A stretch of 63,468 bases of DNA, filler included, from Octopus bimaculoides (GCF_001194135.2; 6 parts of 5 records of this genome joined end to end with filler, not necessarily neighbours in it), one strand, 5' to 3'. Counted from the whole stretch's first letter, positions 38,200 through 52,266 are shown. Notes: generated from the sequence alone by a model not told the origin. Translations and numbers: made by a program.

Positions 38200-39050
38200 T
38201 AGAGCCTGATCAGGATGATGATGATAGTAGTGGTGGTGGTGGTTGTAGTGATGGTAGTGGTGGTGCTGGTGCTGGTGGTGTTGGTGCTATAGGTGATATT
38301 GCTGACAGCAGTGGTGGTGGTGATGGTAGTGGTAGTAGCAGTTGTGGTAGTAGCAGTGATAATAGTAGTAGTGGTGGTAGTACTGATGGTAATGTCGGTG
38401 GTATCTGTGCTGACAGCGGTGATGGTGATGTCTGTTGTTGTGGTGGTAGTATCTGTTGTTGCAGTGGTGATAGTGGCATCTGTTCTGGTGGTGGTAGTGC
38501 TGGTGGCAGTAAGCACAGACAGTGCTGGTAGCAGCAGCAGTGGTCGTGGTAGTAGTGTTGGTGGCAATGGTAGTAGTGTTGTGATAGTATCAGTGGTGGT
38601 GATGTCTGTTGTTATGTTGGCGATAGTGGTGTCTGTTGTGGTGGTGGTCGTGGTGGTATTGGTTATTGCCTCAGTCAGAATTGATGATGGTAGTAGTTGT
38701 CATAGTGATGCTAACTGTGGCATAGGTGGTGGGACCTGTAGAAACCCCTTCCTATACTCACACAACTTCACAGTAAACAAAACATAAAGACTCCCAGATT
38801 GTTTCAACCATTGCCAATAGAGGGATACACACACACTTTATAAGTGTATAGTTTATGGTACAACCCGTATGGTAGTAGTAGTAGTAGTGGGTGGCAGTGG
38901 TGGTGGTGGGTGGTAGTGATAGTAGTAGTAGTGGTGGTGGTGGTGGTGGTGGTGGTGGTAGTAGTTGTAATAGTAGCAGTACTAGTTGTGGCGGTAGTGG
39001 TGGTGGTGCTAGTAGTAGTAGTAGTAGTAGGAGGAGGAGGAAGAGAAGGA
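38200..39050. repeat. GGT/AGT-rich degenerate trinucleotide low-complexity tract (similar tract at 55030-55880)
   Basis: Directly visible; explains the poly-V and poly-T ORFs in the track. Confidence 0.9.
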
Positions 39051-39117
39051 GAGGGGAAGGCATGTTGCCCTAGTTGTATATCCTGGGTATATAACTAGTT
39101 GGTATGTTCCTCTAAGG

Positions 39118-39956
39118 CATAGGTTCTCAAAGTGGGCTCTACCGCCCTGCCCCTCAGTAGGCATTGAGAAGGTCCAGGTGGGNNNNNNNNNNNNNNNNNN
39201 NNNNNNNNNNNNNNNNNNNNNNNNNNNNNNNNNNNNNNNNNNNNNNNNNNNNNNNNNNNNNNNNNNNNNNNNNNNNNNNNNNNNNNNNNNNNNNNNNNNN
39301 NNNNNNNNNNNNNNNNNNNNNNNNNNNNNNNNNNNNNNNNNNNNNNNNNNNNNNNNNNNNNNNNNNNNNNNNNNNNNNNNNNNNNNNNNNNNNNNAAGGC
39401 TCCGGCAGGACGTGGTGGTGAACCCTGCTGTACTCTTTCACCACAACTTTCTCTCACTCTTTCTTCTTGTTTCTGTTGTACCTGTATTTCAAAGGGCCAG
39501 CCTTGTCACACTCTGTGTCATGCTGAATCTCCTTGAGGACTACGTTAAGGGTACGCATGTCTGTGGAGTGCTCAGCCACTTGCACGTTAATAAATGAGCT
39601 GCGACATCACTGGTGCCAAGCTGTATCGGCCTTTGCCTTTCCCTTGGATAACACTGGTGGTGTGGAGAGGGGAGGCCGGTATGAATGGGTGACTGCTAGC
39701 TTTCCATGCACAACCTTGCTCAGACTTGTGCCTCGGAGGGTAACTTTCTAGGTGCAACTCCATGGTCATTATGACTGAAGGGGGTCACAACGCAACAAGT
39801 GCAGTATACAAATTATATAATATTAAATATCAAATTATTCATAGCATATATAAATTAGTAAAGTATAAAATATTTATTTATACATAAAAATAGGGGTGGT
39901 GGCACTGAGTGCATTATGTGGCCATGAGGGGGACCCAAAAAGTTTGAGAACCTCTG
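39118..39956. mobile_element. hAT (Charlie-like) non-autonomous element with a nested SINE
   Basis: TIRs CATAGGTTCTCAAAGT / AGTTTGAGAACCTCTG; 8-bp TSD CTCTAAGG / CTCTAAAG (7/8). SINE body at about 39396-39780 is homologous to 58370-58560. Confidence 0.82.
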
Positions 39957-40971
39957 CTCTAAAGTGAAGTGTCTGGACAAAGTTCTTAGTTTTTCATTTA
40001 TTATTCTATATTGATGTTTTCTCTTTATGCCATTTCTTTATCTGTATCACCAAGAGAAATGTAAGGACTGCTGACAAAACACAAGAATATGTTGGAAGAA
40101 GATAGGCACAGGTGTGACTGTGTGGTAAGAAGCTTGCTCCACGAAAAGAAAAAGGAAGGAGAGCAACATTGGTTGCTCACCTAAAAACAGGCAAGCGGCA
40201 CAGGAGGCGGGGGGACAGTGCCCCCTGCTCCCATAGCCTCGAAAAGAAAGAGGAAAAAGAGGAGCAGGGGAGAGTCAGCGGATGTCCCTGTGCCACCGAC
40301 TGAAACGCTGGCGGGATGTGTGCCGCCAGCAGAAAAGGCTCCGTTGGTGGGAAGTGTGCCACTGACGGATCAGCTTGAGGCTCCTTCCCGTGAGGAGGAG
40401 GAGTTTGTCCTCCTTTATTGCAAGGAAGGGCCTGTAAGAAAAGTGCTGGATGACCAGTGTGACCGAGAAATTATGTTCGCGGAGTGCACAATCAGTCCAT
40501 TGTGGCCTCCACAGGTAACTGCGGAGGTAGTACAACATTCAGTGTTGTCAAGGGCCATGGAGACTCTTGACAAAAAAGAGTTCGCATTCTTTTTTGTGGG
40601 CCCTGACTTGTCGCTGCAGAGTTGTTTGCAGGCGGCAAGTCAACTTGCTTGGGGGCCCAAATGATTGGGTTTTTTTTCATGTATTTTTAATGGTTTTTAT
40701 TGAACTGCTTGAACAGTGATTTCGAGGGGTTTTCTGTCAGTGGGCGCCGAATACCCCTCTCATTTATATCATCCTTCATGACATTAATGCTTTTGTCCAG
40801 CCCGCTGTGCTTCTGGCAATTCTGTGTACAGCCTATATGGCTAATTCGATGAAATAAAGAAGCTTGCTTCCCAACCACATGGGTTCAGGTTCAGTCCTTC
40901 TGCATGATACCTTGGGCCAGCCAAAGCCTTGTGAGTTGATTTGGTAGATAGAAACTGAAAGAAGCCTGTCA

Positions 40972-41000
<29 letters not shown>

Positions 41001-41002
<2 letters not shown>

Positions 41003-41161
41003 TGCAGCGTGGAAGGTGTTTATAAGCCATTTAAAGAGATGCAGCACAGAATTTTGTCAGTGAACAGGTCGCGGTCTCAAAGTGACGAAAATATTTCGAC
41101 AAATTAAATTTAAATATTGAAGTGAATCTAACGGATTTTGTGTGTTATTTTAAATGGCTTA
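41001..41161 (+). mobile_element. Short (about 185 bp) element with 35-bp terminal inverted repeats, right end lost in gap
   Basis: Left end ATTGCAGCGTGGAAGGTGTTTATAAGCCATTTAAA matches the reverse complement of the right end of the copy at 22936-23080 at 34/35. Confidence 0.75.
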
Positions 41162-42789
41162 NNNNNNNNNNNNNNNNNNNNNNNNNNNNNNNNNNNNNNN
41201 NNNNNNNNNNNNNNNNNNNNNNNNNNNNNNNNNNNNNNNNNNNNNNNNNNNNNNNNNNNNNNNNNNNNNNNNNNNNNNNNNNNNNNNNNNNNNNNNNNNN
41301 NNNNNNNNNNNNNNNNNNNNNNNNNNNNNNNNNNNNNNNNNNNNNNNNNNNNNNNNNNNNNNNNNNNNNNNNNNNNNNNNNNNNNNNNNNNNNNNNNNNN
41401 NNNNNNNNNNNNNNNNNNNNNNNNNNNNNNNNNNNNNNNNNNNNNNNNNNNNNNNNNNNNNNNNNNNNNNNNNNNNNNNNNNNNNNNNNNNNNNNNNNNN
41501 NNNNNNNNNNNNNNNNNNNNNNNNNNNNNNNNNNNNNNNNNNNNNNNNNNNNNNNNNNNNNNNNNNNNNNNNNNNNNNNNNNNNNNNNNNNNNNNNNNNN
41601 NNNNNNNNNNNNNNNNNNNNNNNNNNNNNNNNNNNNNNNNNNNNNNNNNNNNNNNNNNNNNNNNNNNNNNNNNNNNNNNNNNNNNNNNNNNNNNNNNNNN
41701 NNNNNNNNNNNNNNNNNNNNNNNNNNNNNNNNNNNNNNNNNNNNNNNNNNNNNNNNNNNNNNNNNNNNNNNNNNNNNNNNNNNNNNNNNNNNNNNNNNNN
41801 NNNNNNNNNNNNNNNNNNNNNNNNNNNNNNNNNNNNNNNNNNNNNNNNNNATATATATATATATATATATATATACATACTTTATTAAAAGCAGCAGAAA
41901 TATCACAAAAACTGTTATCCAGTTTCACGTTCCTGTTTGTCGGACAGTTTTGTTAGAATGGAACAGAAATGACGATATAGTCAAATATAAAACTAGTTTA
42001 AAGGATACACCTTTGAAAATGGCTTTGTTTCATTGGTCCTTTCAACTAAACAGTCTTAAGCATGCAATGAACAAAATAAATCCAGTATAAATTCCTCTTG
42101 TAAAATTGAAGAAAACCTTAAATTGAAGCACAGATTCTAAATACATCTGGTAAATAATTATATACAAAATATAAATCAATTAAAACATTAAAATTAAAAT
42201 TAAAAATTTTCATGATGTATTACATACATATTTTTTCAGCAGCATATACACATACTAAGCCATGTATAAAATACATATATACACTAAAATATACACAGAT
42301 GCATGTACATAGTTATATACAGATATAGACATATATAGGTAAGACATAAATACACATATACACATATATAGGTAAGACATAAAGTCACATATGCACATAT
42401 ATAGACATATATAGGTAAGACATAAATACACATATACATATGTGTACGTACTCATACATGTGGACAAAATCTCTTGGTGTATACATATACAGGTCATCTA
42501 TTACAAACGAAAGAAATGGGAAGTATACATTAAGTGTAGGGAGGAGGGAGAGGAAAGGAAAAGGAAAGCTAGTGAGAGAGGAGAGAAAAGGAGGGTACTG
42601 TGTAAAGATGCTATTGAGTATCAAGTAGGAAGAGAAAAGATACTTCGAGTAAGAAAAGAAAAGAGAGAAAGTTTACGAAATGTGTGTAACGAACGCACAC
42701 ATAAAATAAAATTAGAAATATATATATATATACATAAGTATATATTTGCATACAAATTTAGCTATAAAAACAAGGTCATCAGCATAGAG

Positions 42790-44160
42790 GAGCTCTCAAG
42801 GGTAACCTGTCTTGAGTTCCTCTGTTATTGCCTGGAGGACTATGATGAGCAAGAGGAGGCTGAGGGCTGATCCTTGGTGGACCCCTACATATACCTGGAA
42901 TTCTTTACTATACTCATTGCCAACCCTAACCTTACTAAAGGCATCTCTGTATAGGGCCTATACAGCCCTTATTAATCATTCGTCACTCCCTAGCTTCCAC
43001 ATCGCCCACCAGATAAGGGAACGGGAGATCCTGTCAAAGGCTTTCTCCAAATCCACAAAAGCCAAGTATAGGGGTTTATCTTTGGCTAGGTATTTCTCTT
43101 GGAGTTTCTGTACCAGGAATATAGTATCAGTGGTGCTTCTACATGGCACAAAACCAAACTGCATCTCATCTAAACAGACTCTCTCCCTAATTAGTTGGGC
43201 TATGACCCTCTCTGTGATACCTCTGCAGTTATTTCTATCTAAAGCATTATCTTTACCCTTGTATGACTCCATCACGAACTACCTGGTTTACAATATGGGT
43301 GACTAGGCCATAACCCACACCACCAAATGTTTTAAGCATCTCAGCAGTGATTCCTGATGGGCCAGGAGTTTTCCTGGCTTCATACCCTTAATTGCTTTGT
43401 CTACCAGGGTGCTGTCTATTCAGATAGCTGGTCCTTCTACTGGGTCAATATTTGGCAAGCTCTCCTCTTTCTATTCATTCTCCATGTTCAGCAGTCTTTC
43501 ATAATGGCTTCTCCAAACCTCTTTCTTTTCAGAATCATTAAAAGCAAGTGCACCATCATCCATGCGGACACATTTTTCTCCTGTGACATCACAATTTTCT
43601 CTCACACATTTTCTTACAATCTGAAATACTTCAGTTCGTTGGTTCTCACGTTGCTGGACATTGGCAAACTTCTTATCTGCTTCTCTGTTGGCTATGTATA
43701 CCTGTTGCCCAGCCTCCCTCCTGGCTATCTGGTACAGTTCCCTGCTACCGCCACTCTTCCAGGCTTTCCAGGCCTGTTTCTTTGCTCTAATGGCTTTGTT
43801 TACAGTATTATTCCACCACCACGTTACTCTAGGTCTGGAAGGGACTTTGCACCATCCGCAGACTTGGTCTGTGGCACTTAGTAAGCTGTCACGGAGGAAT
43901 TTCCAGCTACCTTCTACGTCCGAGGTCTGTAGCTCCTCCTTCCTCATATCAAATTTCTTGATGAGGATGTCCCTAAATTTCTGACCATGTGAAGGGTTCT
44001 TTAGCTTCCAAATCCTTCTTTTCTGGATTGGTCTGCTTCTTGGCATCATTCTGACTTCGAGTCTAAAGTCACTAATGACTAGTCTATGCTGGTGGGTACA
44101 TTCTTCACCCAGGAGGGTCTTTGTATTCAAGAGCAACCCTGCATCCCGCTCTCTGGTGAA
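42790..44160 (-). mobile_element. RTE-clade LINE fragment (endonuclease end to RT N-terminus)
   Basis: GEECTHQHRLVISDF, WWWNNTVNKAIRAKKQAWK, YKGKDNALDRNNCRGI, MQFGFVPCRSTTDTIF, FVDLEKAFDR. Confidence 0.92.
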
Positions 44161-44164
44161 GATG

Positions 44165-44215
<51 letters not shown>

Positions 44216-45531
44216 TGTGTATGTGATTATATATATATATATATATATATNNNNNNNNNNNNNNNNNNNNNNNNNNNNNNNNNNNNNNNNNNNNNNNNNN
44301 NNNNNNNNNNNNNNNNNNNNNNNNNNNNNNNNNNNNNNNNNNNNNNNNNNNNNNNNNNNNNNNNNNNNNNNNNNNNNNNNNNNNNNNNNNNNNNNNNNNN
44401 NNNNNNNNNNNNNNNNNNNNNNNNNNNNNNNNNNNNNNNNNNNNNNNNNNNNNNNNNNNNNNNNNNNNNNNNNNNNNNNNNNNNNNNNNNNNNNNNNNNN
44501 NNNNNNNNNNNNNNNNNNNNNNNNNNNNNNNNNNNNNNNNNNNNNNNNNNNNNNNNNNNNNNNNNNNNNNNNNNNNNNNNNNNNNNNNNNNNNNNNNNNN
44601 NNNNNNNNNNNNNNNNNNNNNNNNNNNNNNNNNNNNNNNNNNNNNNNNNNNNNNNNNNNNNNNNNNNNNNNNNNNNNNNNNNNNNNNNNNNNNNNNNNNN
44701 NNNNNNNNNNNNNNNNNNNNNNNNNNNNNNNNNNNNNNNNNNNNNNNNNNNNNNNNNNNNNNNNNNNNNNNNNNNNNNNNNNNNNNNNNNNNNNNNNNNN
44801 NNNNNNNNNNNNNNNNNNNNNNNNNNNNNNNNNNNNNNNNNNNNNNNNNNNNNNNNNNNNNNNNNNNNNNNNNNNNNNNNNNNNNNNNNNNNNNNNNNNN
44901 NNNNNNNNNNNNNNNNNNNNNNNNNNNNNNNNNNNNNNNNNNNNNNNNNNNNNNNNNNNNNNNNNNNNNNNNNNNNNNNNNNNNNNNNNNNNNNNNNNNN
45001 NNNNNNNNNNNNNNNNNNNNNNNNNNNNNNNNNNNNNNNNATATATATATATATATATGTATGTATGTATGTGGGTATATATATATAGCAATGAGAAAAT
45101 GGAGGATAATATGCGGTATCCATCGACTTGCAGAAAATGTATTCCGTTGATTAATCTGTTTATTTTATAACTAAATTGACAAAAAACACAATATACAGAT
45201 ACTTATGACATACCACGTCACATTAACAATTAAGGTTACAAATATAAAGGACATTTAGCAATTGGAGAAGGGACAGAAACTTACAGCTGTTTCGACCTAG
45301 CGTTGGCATGCCCAATTCTATCTCTATAGCTCCTGTACGCCAGAGTAATTAGTAAATGAAAATGATGTAATGGGGGTACATGCATGATTCGCTAGGCCTC
45401 TTCAGAGATTTACAAAATTCAATACAAATATAAAATAATAAAGTAAAAAAAATAAAAAAATTTAAAAAATGAAAATATAAAAATATAAGACACATAAAAA
45501 GCTTACAAACAGTGTACGTATGCATGCGTGC

Positions 45532-45870
45532 CTAATCCTTTTGACCAGTTGGTGTCTTCTCATGCACAGCATATTTCCAAAGGTCTCGGTCACTAGTCAT
45601 TGCCTTGGTGAGGCCTAATGTTCGGAGGTCGTGCCTCACCACCTCATCCCAGGTCTTCCTGGGTCTACCTCTTCCACAGGTTCCCTCAACCACTAGGGTG
45701 TGACACTTTTTCACACAGCTCTCCTCATCCATTCTCACCACATGTCCATACCAGCGCAGTCGTCTCTCTTGCGCACCACATCTGATGCTTCTTAGGTCCA
45801 CTTTTCTCTCAAGGTACTTACACTCTGTTGAGTATGCACACTGACATTACACATCCATTGGAGCATACTG
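45532..45870 (-). mobile_element. RTE-clade LINE 3' coding end
   Basis: QERRLRWYGHVVRMDEESCVKKC...GRGRPRKTWDEVV. Confidence 0.9.
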
Positions 45871-45899
45871 GCTTCATTCCTTCATTCTATGTCTATGTC

Positions 45900-46440
45900 T
45901 ACAATTTCTCATTTTATCAACTAATAAGTGATCTTTGTTGCCCTGCTTTGTTTCCTGCATCCTTTCTGTTCTTCTGGAAGTAGATTGTTACTTTCCAGAC
46001 GGTTGTATAACTCTTCTGCCAAGATACCGGTCATAAGATTCCACATTAGTGGTAAGCAGGTTATAGATCAAAAATTTGATGCCAAGTTCCCTTTCAAGGG
46101 ATCCTTGAGATATAGCAGCATTTGCCCACTTGTCATCCGGACAGGGACATAACCTTGCTGCAGGCAGTTTTTTAGTTGCACAGTGATCCTTTCATGCAAC
46201 TGTGTAAAGTTCTTCAGCTAATAACCTTGTACTCCATCCGGGCCTGGTCCTTTCCAATTTGCTATTTCTTTTTTTTTTAGCTTCTGTCTCACTGTATATA
46301 GATTAATTCTGACATCCTTTTGTCTTGGTACAGTTTCAAGTTGTCTTTTAACTGTTGTTAGGCACACCGGGTTTTCTTTATATCTTGCTGGCCTCTTTCA
46401 CAGTCTTCCCCAAGATTCTTTACTTGCTTCCACTTCCGGA
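45900..46440 (-). mobile_element. R4/Dong-like LINE reverse-transcriptase fragment
   Basis: Minus strand reads [44 protein letters not shown]. Confidence 0.8.
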
Positions 46441-47503
46441 ATCAGTTCCTGATTTTGGTCACTCACTTTTCCTCAAATATTATTATTATCATTATTGAAG
46501 GAGAGAGCAGCGCATGCCATCAAAGTGACACTGGGGTACAAATATATGAAGCCCAAATCACCCTATATGACTATATAAGGGTACACCAAGCACATGCATC
46601 ACAACCATGTGTGTGCGACATAGTGATCTCATATCAAGATAAACAGCACATGACCTTGTAGCTGGGACCCAGTCAGAATTTTCTTCAAGTTGAGTAACCC
46701 ATCCTACTCAAAATGTTCTTGAATAAGGTTTGTTTAAGGATGAGGAACAAAACACCCATGTTTCCCCATTGCTAAAAATATTTCTACAGCCACTGACCTT
46801 AGCCACAAACACTTACTACTAGATTTCCTCCCTGACCCCTATAGACTAGAAGAATACCACTGGCACCTTACTATTCTCTTTAAATTCCTTTCATTTTCAT
46901 TTTGTTTTTTTACTCTATCTTCCTTTACATCCTCCTCCTCTCTCCTTATTTACCCTTTATTTATTTATCTTCTTGGTTATTTTTATACACTATATTCTTA
47001 TACACTATATCCTTATGTACCTTATTTTATCCTTAATGCCAATCCTTAATTTCCTCCCTCACTCTCTCTAACTCTCTTTCTATTTATTTATTTTTCTTTC
47101 TTTCTACCATTTAAAAGCCACCTCTGCTACCATTCTGTTATTGAATGTTGATACGTTCATGTCTATTTCTGGATATGTACACTATTAGGACTTTAATCTA
47201 CATAGATTTACACAGGATTGCACCTAAGAACTTATGGACTTTCTTCAGAAAGTTGAATTGTGAACTTTTATGTTTCTTTTTTCTTCCCTTTCTTCATCCC
47301 CTTATTCCTTTTCTCCTGTCCTCTGTATCATCATTTCATTAATCTATATCCTTCTCATTTTTCCCTATTTGTCTCCAATGATGGAATATCCCATTCTCTG
47401 GGATATCCCAGAAACAGCTGTAAGACTGAATTTTTCCAATAATAATGTATATGACTTGAGATGTTTGTGTCTTGCCTTAATGTTTGTTATCCTCTTTAAC
47501 AAT

Positions 47504-47536
<33 letters not shown>

Positions 47537-49779
47537 ATTTGTGTGTCTGTGTTTGTTCCCCCACAATCGCTTAACAACTGATGTTGGTGCATTTATGTTC
47601 CCGTAACTTAGTGGCTCGGCAAAAGAGACCAATAGAATAAGTACTAGGCTTACAAAGAATAAGTCCTGGGGCCAATTTGTTTGACTAAAGGCATTGCTCT
47701 AGCATGGCTGCAGTCAAATGACTGAAACAAGTAAAAAAAAAAACATTTATTTTAATCAAATGAAAAGTTACTGAAGTTATTTAAGGGCTGAGAGTGTCAC
47801 CTAAGTTTGAATTAGTAGTTATGTATGAACATGTGTCTGCAGTCATTTTGTTTTGTCTTCGTTGCTATAGACATACAGACTTGGATTATTAACTGGATGT
47901 ATATGAATAAGCAGGAACTATTTCACCAACATTATCTCTGCTACTTCCTGGGTATTCAATGGCAAATATATGTAAGTGATGTTGAAATCCTCACAGTCTG
48001 TCTACCAGTGTAGAATCTTAAATACTTTAGCACTGATTATGCTGGAGTGGTCATGGGGTGAGGATAGAAGATGATTAGATCTCTCAGCAATTTTTCTTTG
48101 ATGAGTCAGTCCAGGGTAAAAGACAAGCACACAAACTAAAATTAAGGATATAAGTACTACATTAAAAATACGGTAGAAAAGGTAAAAATCTTGAAAAATG
48201 AGTAGGAAAACCTTTCTATAGATCTTTTAATGTGAAAGAAAGCAATGCATGATGGGAGGAGGGAATTTGAAGGAAAGCGTGTCAAGAGAGCTGTTCATAA
48301 AGGGTTTTTATGTGGATTTGCCTCCCTGCTGAGATGGTAAAAAAAAATTAATTACCAGTCAAGTGCTGGGAGTGATGTAACCGATTTGTCCCTTTCCCTC
48401 AATATGTAGGTTTTGTGTCACAATTTGAAAAAAGTTCTATTATTATTCTTTTTGTTTATCTACAAAATATAACAATTCAGTAATGCCATGCAGCCTAAAG
48501 CAAGTGGAGTTATGTCCCTTACATTAGAAAATTCTGCGGATGACTGGAAATTAATAAGGTGTTAGTGTATCATCAAACAACATTAGCGATTGTTCACAAC
48601 TCAGCCCCACTTTCAACTCTACCACAACCCTGCCACCTCCCACTACAACCCTACCATCTCTAACCACAACCCAGTCCCACCTTCAACTCTACCATAACCC
48701 TGCCATCCTCACGACACCTCTGTTCCCGTCTCAACAAAACATGCAATAATTTAATCCCTTTATTGTCATATTTCTGCTGAGACTGTTTCTTTGTTTTGAT
48801 TAATTTTTAGAACAAAACAAAAAAAAACCCGAAGAATTTAGTAAAATAATTTTATCATTATTAAAAGATAGTATTTGGAACATATTTTAGGGTAAGCACA
48901 TATGTTGTGCTGCTGTACACTGCCTTGGAATGCAGGAGTCGATGTTTCTTCAGGTGGTGAAGCAGCTCTGTCGGTGATTTGGTACTTCCATCATGACACC
49001 AGAGCACCCACTGATGTAGGCAACAAAGCTTCCACACAACAGCATGAGCTTTTGTTGAAGCAGATGTTCCACCTCTGGGCCAAATGTTTCTACCATCTTG
49101 CTGCACCATTCATCCTCTTACTTTCTCTCTCTTGAGCCAGTTGTAACGGCTTGCTTTCTCAGCACCTTCAAACAATTTTCTAGCAACATCTTTTCTCTCT
49201 TTCATGGCAAGGTGGAATTTTGGCAGAAGAAAGTTTTAATTTAGATCATTTCTTTTAGCCTTTTGGCCCACTGTATGGGCATCATGTCACTGTATGTGTT
49301 TTCTTCTCTGTAGTAATAGGGCAGTGTCAGGGAAAAACATTGTAGAGAATATGCGGTGTGCTAAAGGTTAAAACAGGAAGTTTGTATCATAGAAACAGGG
49401 GGCCGTCTGAGGGTTGGTATCAAAAAGGTTAAACAGATATTGATTAATTAAAATGACTGAGATGAAATTTTGACTTACCTTACTAATAAAATCAATAAGC
49501 TCCCGAGTATTTGAATAATTTGAACATAACTTATGAAAAGTTCCTGAATCTACAGTTTTGCTGTGTAGTTTTAAATTATTCAAACTTTGCAAGGAGGAAT
49601 CAAATCCAGGTTTCACTGTGTAGATGGTACTGAAATGTTTTAAGGAATGCTGGCCTGGAATTTATAAATAATGAAAATATAACTGAGCCTTAATTTTCAT
49701 TCATAGTGCATATATAAACATATGTATATGTATAATTTTTGATGATAATATAACTAAAGCCAACTTTTTGGATATTACC

Positions 49780-51120
49780 CTTATATAATGATTTATATTT
49801 CCTATACAATAAACCCTCAACTAACTAAAAATATATTTGCTCTTTCAGTAATCATTCAATGGCTATTACAAGGAATTTAGTTAGAAATATTTCACTTAGA
49901 CTTTCTAGATTATCTGCTAATGTTGACATCTTCAATGATAAAGCCAAATTTTATAACTCTGCGTTACTTAAAGCAAGCTATAAAGAAAAAATTACCTATA
50001 TTAACCCTATTGACATTAATTCTGCCTCTATTAATCAGGACATGAAAACACGTGATAATGGTAATGACAATATAAATTTTAGTTCGAATAACACTAAATA
50101 AAATAATGTAATTTTGCAGCATGTGGGAGATAACCATTCTTCATGTCCTGTTATACATAATAAAAATAAGTCTAGGACTTTCAAACATAATCACCCTAAT
50201 AACAAGGTGTGTCCGAGTAAAACTGTTTGGTTGATAATTCCATATGGTAAGCAGATCAAATCCAACCTTCCTTACCAGTTTCGTGATAAGAATTTCCCAA
50301 TCAATTCACAATACCATTCCGTTATCAATTCACACCAAATTAGAATAGGGTTTTCAGACATCAAAAAACTTCCACAAATCATCTCTTCGCATGACAATAA
50401 GTTGTTAAATACGAATCCACTTAATGAAAATAATAACATTGATATTATTAACGCTAACCATTCTTTGAACAATAATAACAACAATATTAATATTTTTGAT
50501 ATAGATTCAAATCGTATTCATTTCCTTAGCAGAAACTCTAAGACTAGAAACTCTGTTTATCATTGTAAAATTACTTCCAGTTTTGACGTCTTATTTTACA
50601 TCGGTAGTTCATCATTCCAGTTGTTGAAAAGAATATCTAAACATTACTCTACATTTAGACATATCAATAAACTCAGAAATACTGGGCTTAGTAAAGTAAT
50701 TTGGTCTCTAAAGGAACATAACAATTTGATTTGGAATGGAATATTCTATCTAGGTCCTTCCCATAAGATAAAGGTAAATCTTTTTTGTCTGCTCTTTTCT
50801 CAGAGAATTCTCTTGTAAACACGTTTAAAGAGCAAGTTTATCATTGCAAACATTGGCAAAAACATACCTTTAGTTCCTATAAGTAATTTCTACCAATCTA
50901 TAATATTTGAGAAGAAAATGCGAAGTGTTGAATATGGTTGTAATCATGCCATTTTGCTTCTGTATCTCTTTGGGACATCAATCCTTGTCTTTACCTATAA
51001 TTCAACTTATCCCTTTTACTTCACTATGCCCTTCTTCTTTATTTATTCTTCACTCTGATGAAACTCCATGTTTCAAATTGGCTTTATTACCAAATATGAT
51101 AAATATTTTTAGCATATCAA
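49780..51120 (+). mobile_element. Penelope-like element fragment (RT C-terminus plus GIY-YIG)
   Basis: ORFs 49859 (RLSRLSANVDIFNDKAKFYNSALLKASY) and 50114 (VWLIIPY...RNSVYHC...FYIGSSSFQLLKRISKHYSTFR...NTGLSKVIWSLKE). Confidence 0.85.
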
Positions 51121-51251
51121 AGGCAAAACCATACAATATTGGAAGCAGAAATAACTGTTAGATGGGATGCAGTCAATTTGTACTGAAGTAATAAATAATA
51201 ATTGATGTAAGTCAATTGTTGCTCATCAATTTTTTCTCCAGATGATGATGA

Positions 51252-51289
<38 letters not shown>

Positions 51290-51295
<6 letters not shown>

Positions 51296-51644
51296 GCTGC
51301 ATCTCATGTTTCCGAGCTTGCAATCCAGTTCATTTTCCTGGGTGCTTGAACCGCAGATAGCACCACAATCCATGGGTTGCATGAAACATACAGGGTCATT
51401 GTGGACAAGGGATAGAAGGAGCTGGTTTGGGAAGGAGAAGGCGCTGCTTTCTTTCCTGTCTCTTGAATTCATCTCTTGCAACTCGGGCTTTCTCGAAGTT
51501 CGCTGAACCCGTTGTGATGGTGTGTCTCCAGAGGGGTTTGTTTGCCGAGATATCCCCCAAGTGTGCGGGGTCGATGTTGTTGCTTTTCAAGGCTGATTTG
51601 AGTTGGTCCTTGGGATCTAGTTCAAAATGGGGGCACCAGTATTT
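51290..51644 (-). mobile_element. RTE-BovB-like LINE C-terminal fragment
   Basis: DQLKSALKSNNIDP...WRHTITTGSANFEKARVARDEFKRQERKQR...IPCPQ. Confidence 0.75.
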
Positions 51645-52231
51645 NNNNNNNNNNNNNNNNNNNNNNNNNNNNNNNNNNNNNNNNNNNNNNNNNNNNNNNN
51701 NNNNNNNNNNNNNNNNNNNNNNNNNNNNNNNNNNNNNNNNNNNNCGCGCACATGGTAATTTCTTGAAGGAAGGACAGTTAGACTGGCTGACTGAGGTCGA
51801 TTCGGTTATGCTTTCAGACCTGTGTCAGTGTGGAATGTTACTCGTTCATGCTTGCACAGTTTGCTAGCATAGTCAAATTTACTGCTGGAATACAGTATTG
51901 ATGAAGGAAATTGAGTATCACTCATAATCCAGGAATGCGTCAACTGTTAACCTTCGGAATGGTTAGTTTTTCATTGTTTTTCTTCTTGTTTTTGCCTTTG
52001 TGAGTTACAAGTGATGCTATCTGGGATTCTCAGCTTTTTTAGCTGCTATTTCTGAACTTCGGTATATTGGTGAAGCAAATATTTGCTGATCCCTTAATTA
52101 TGTATATATATATACATGTATAAATATATACATATATATATACATGTATAAATATATACATATATATATATACATGCATATAAATATACATGTAAATATA
52201 TATGCATGTGTGTGTATATATATATATATAC

Positions 52232-52266
<35 letters not shown>

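Noticed and set aside
38133-39073. Thr-, Val- and Ser-rich mucin-like ORFs (also 55297-55910)
   Set aside because: Products of degenerate GGT/AGT repeats, open in several frames, with no splice support.
51055-51085. CTGATGA hammerhead box at the end of the Penelope fragment
   Set aside because: The position is right, but the GAAA box reads CAAA and stems I and III cannot be formed; at most a dead remnant.
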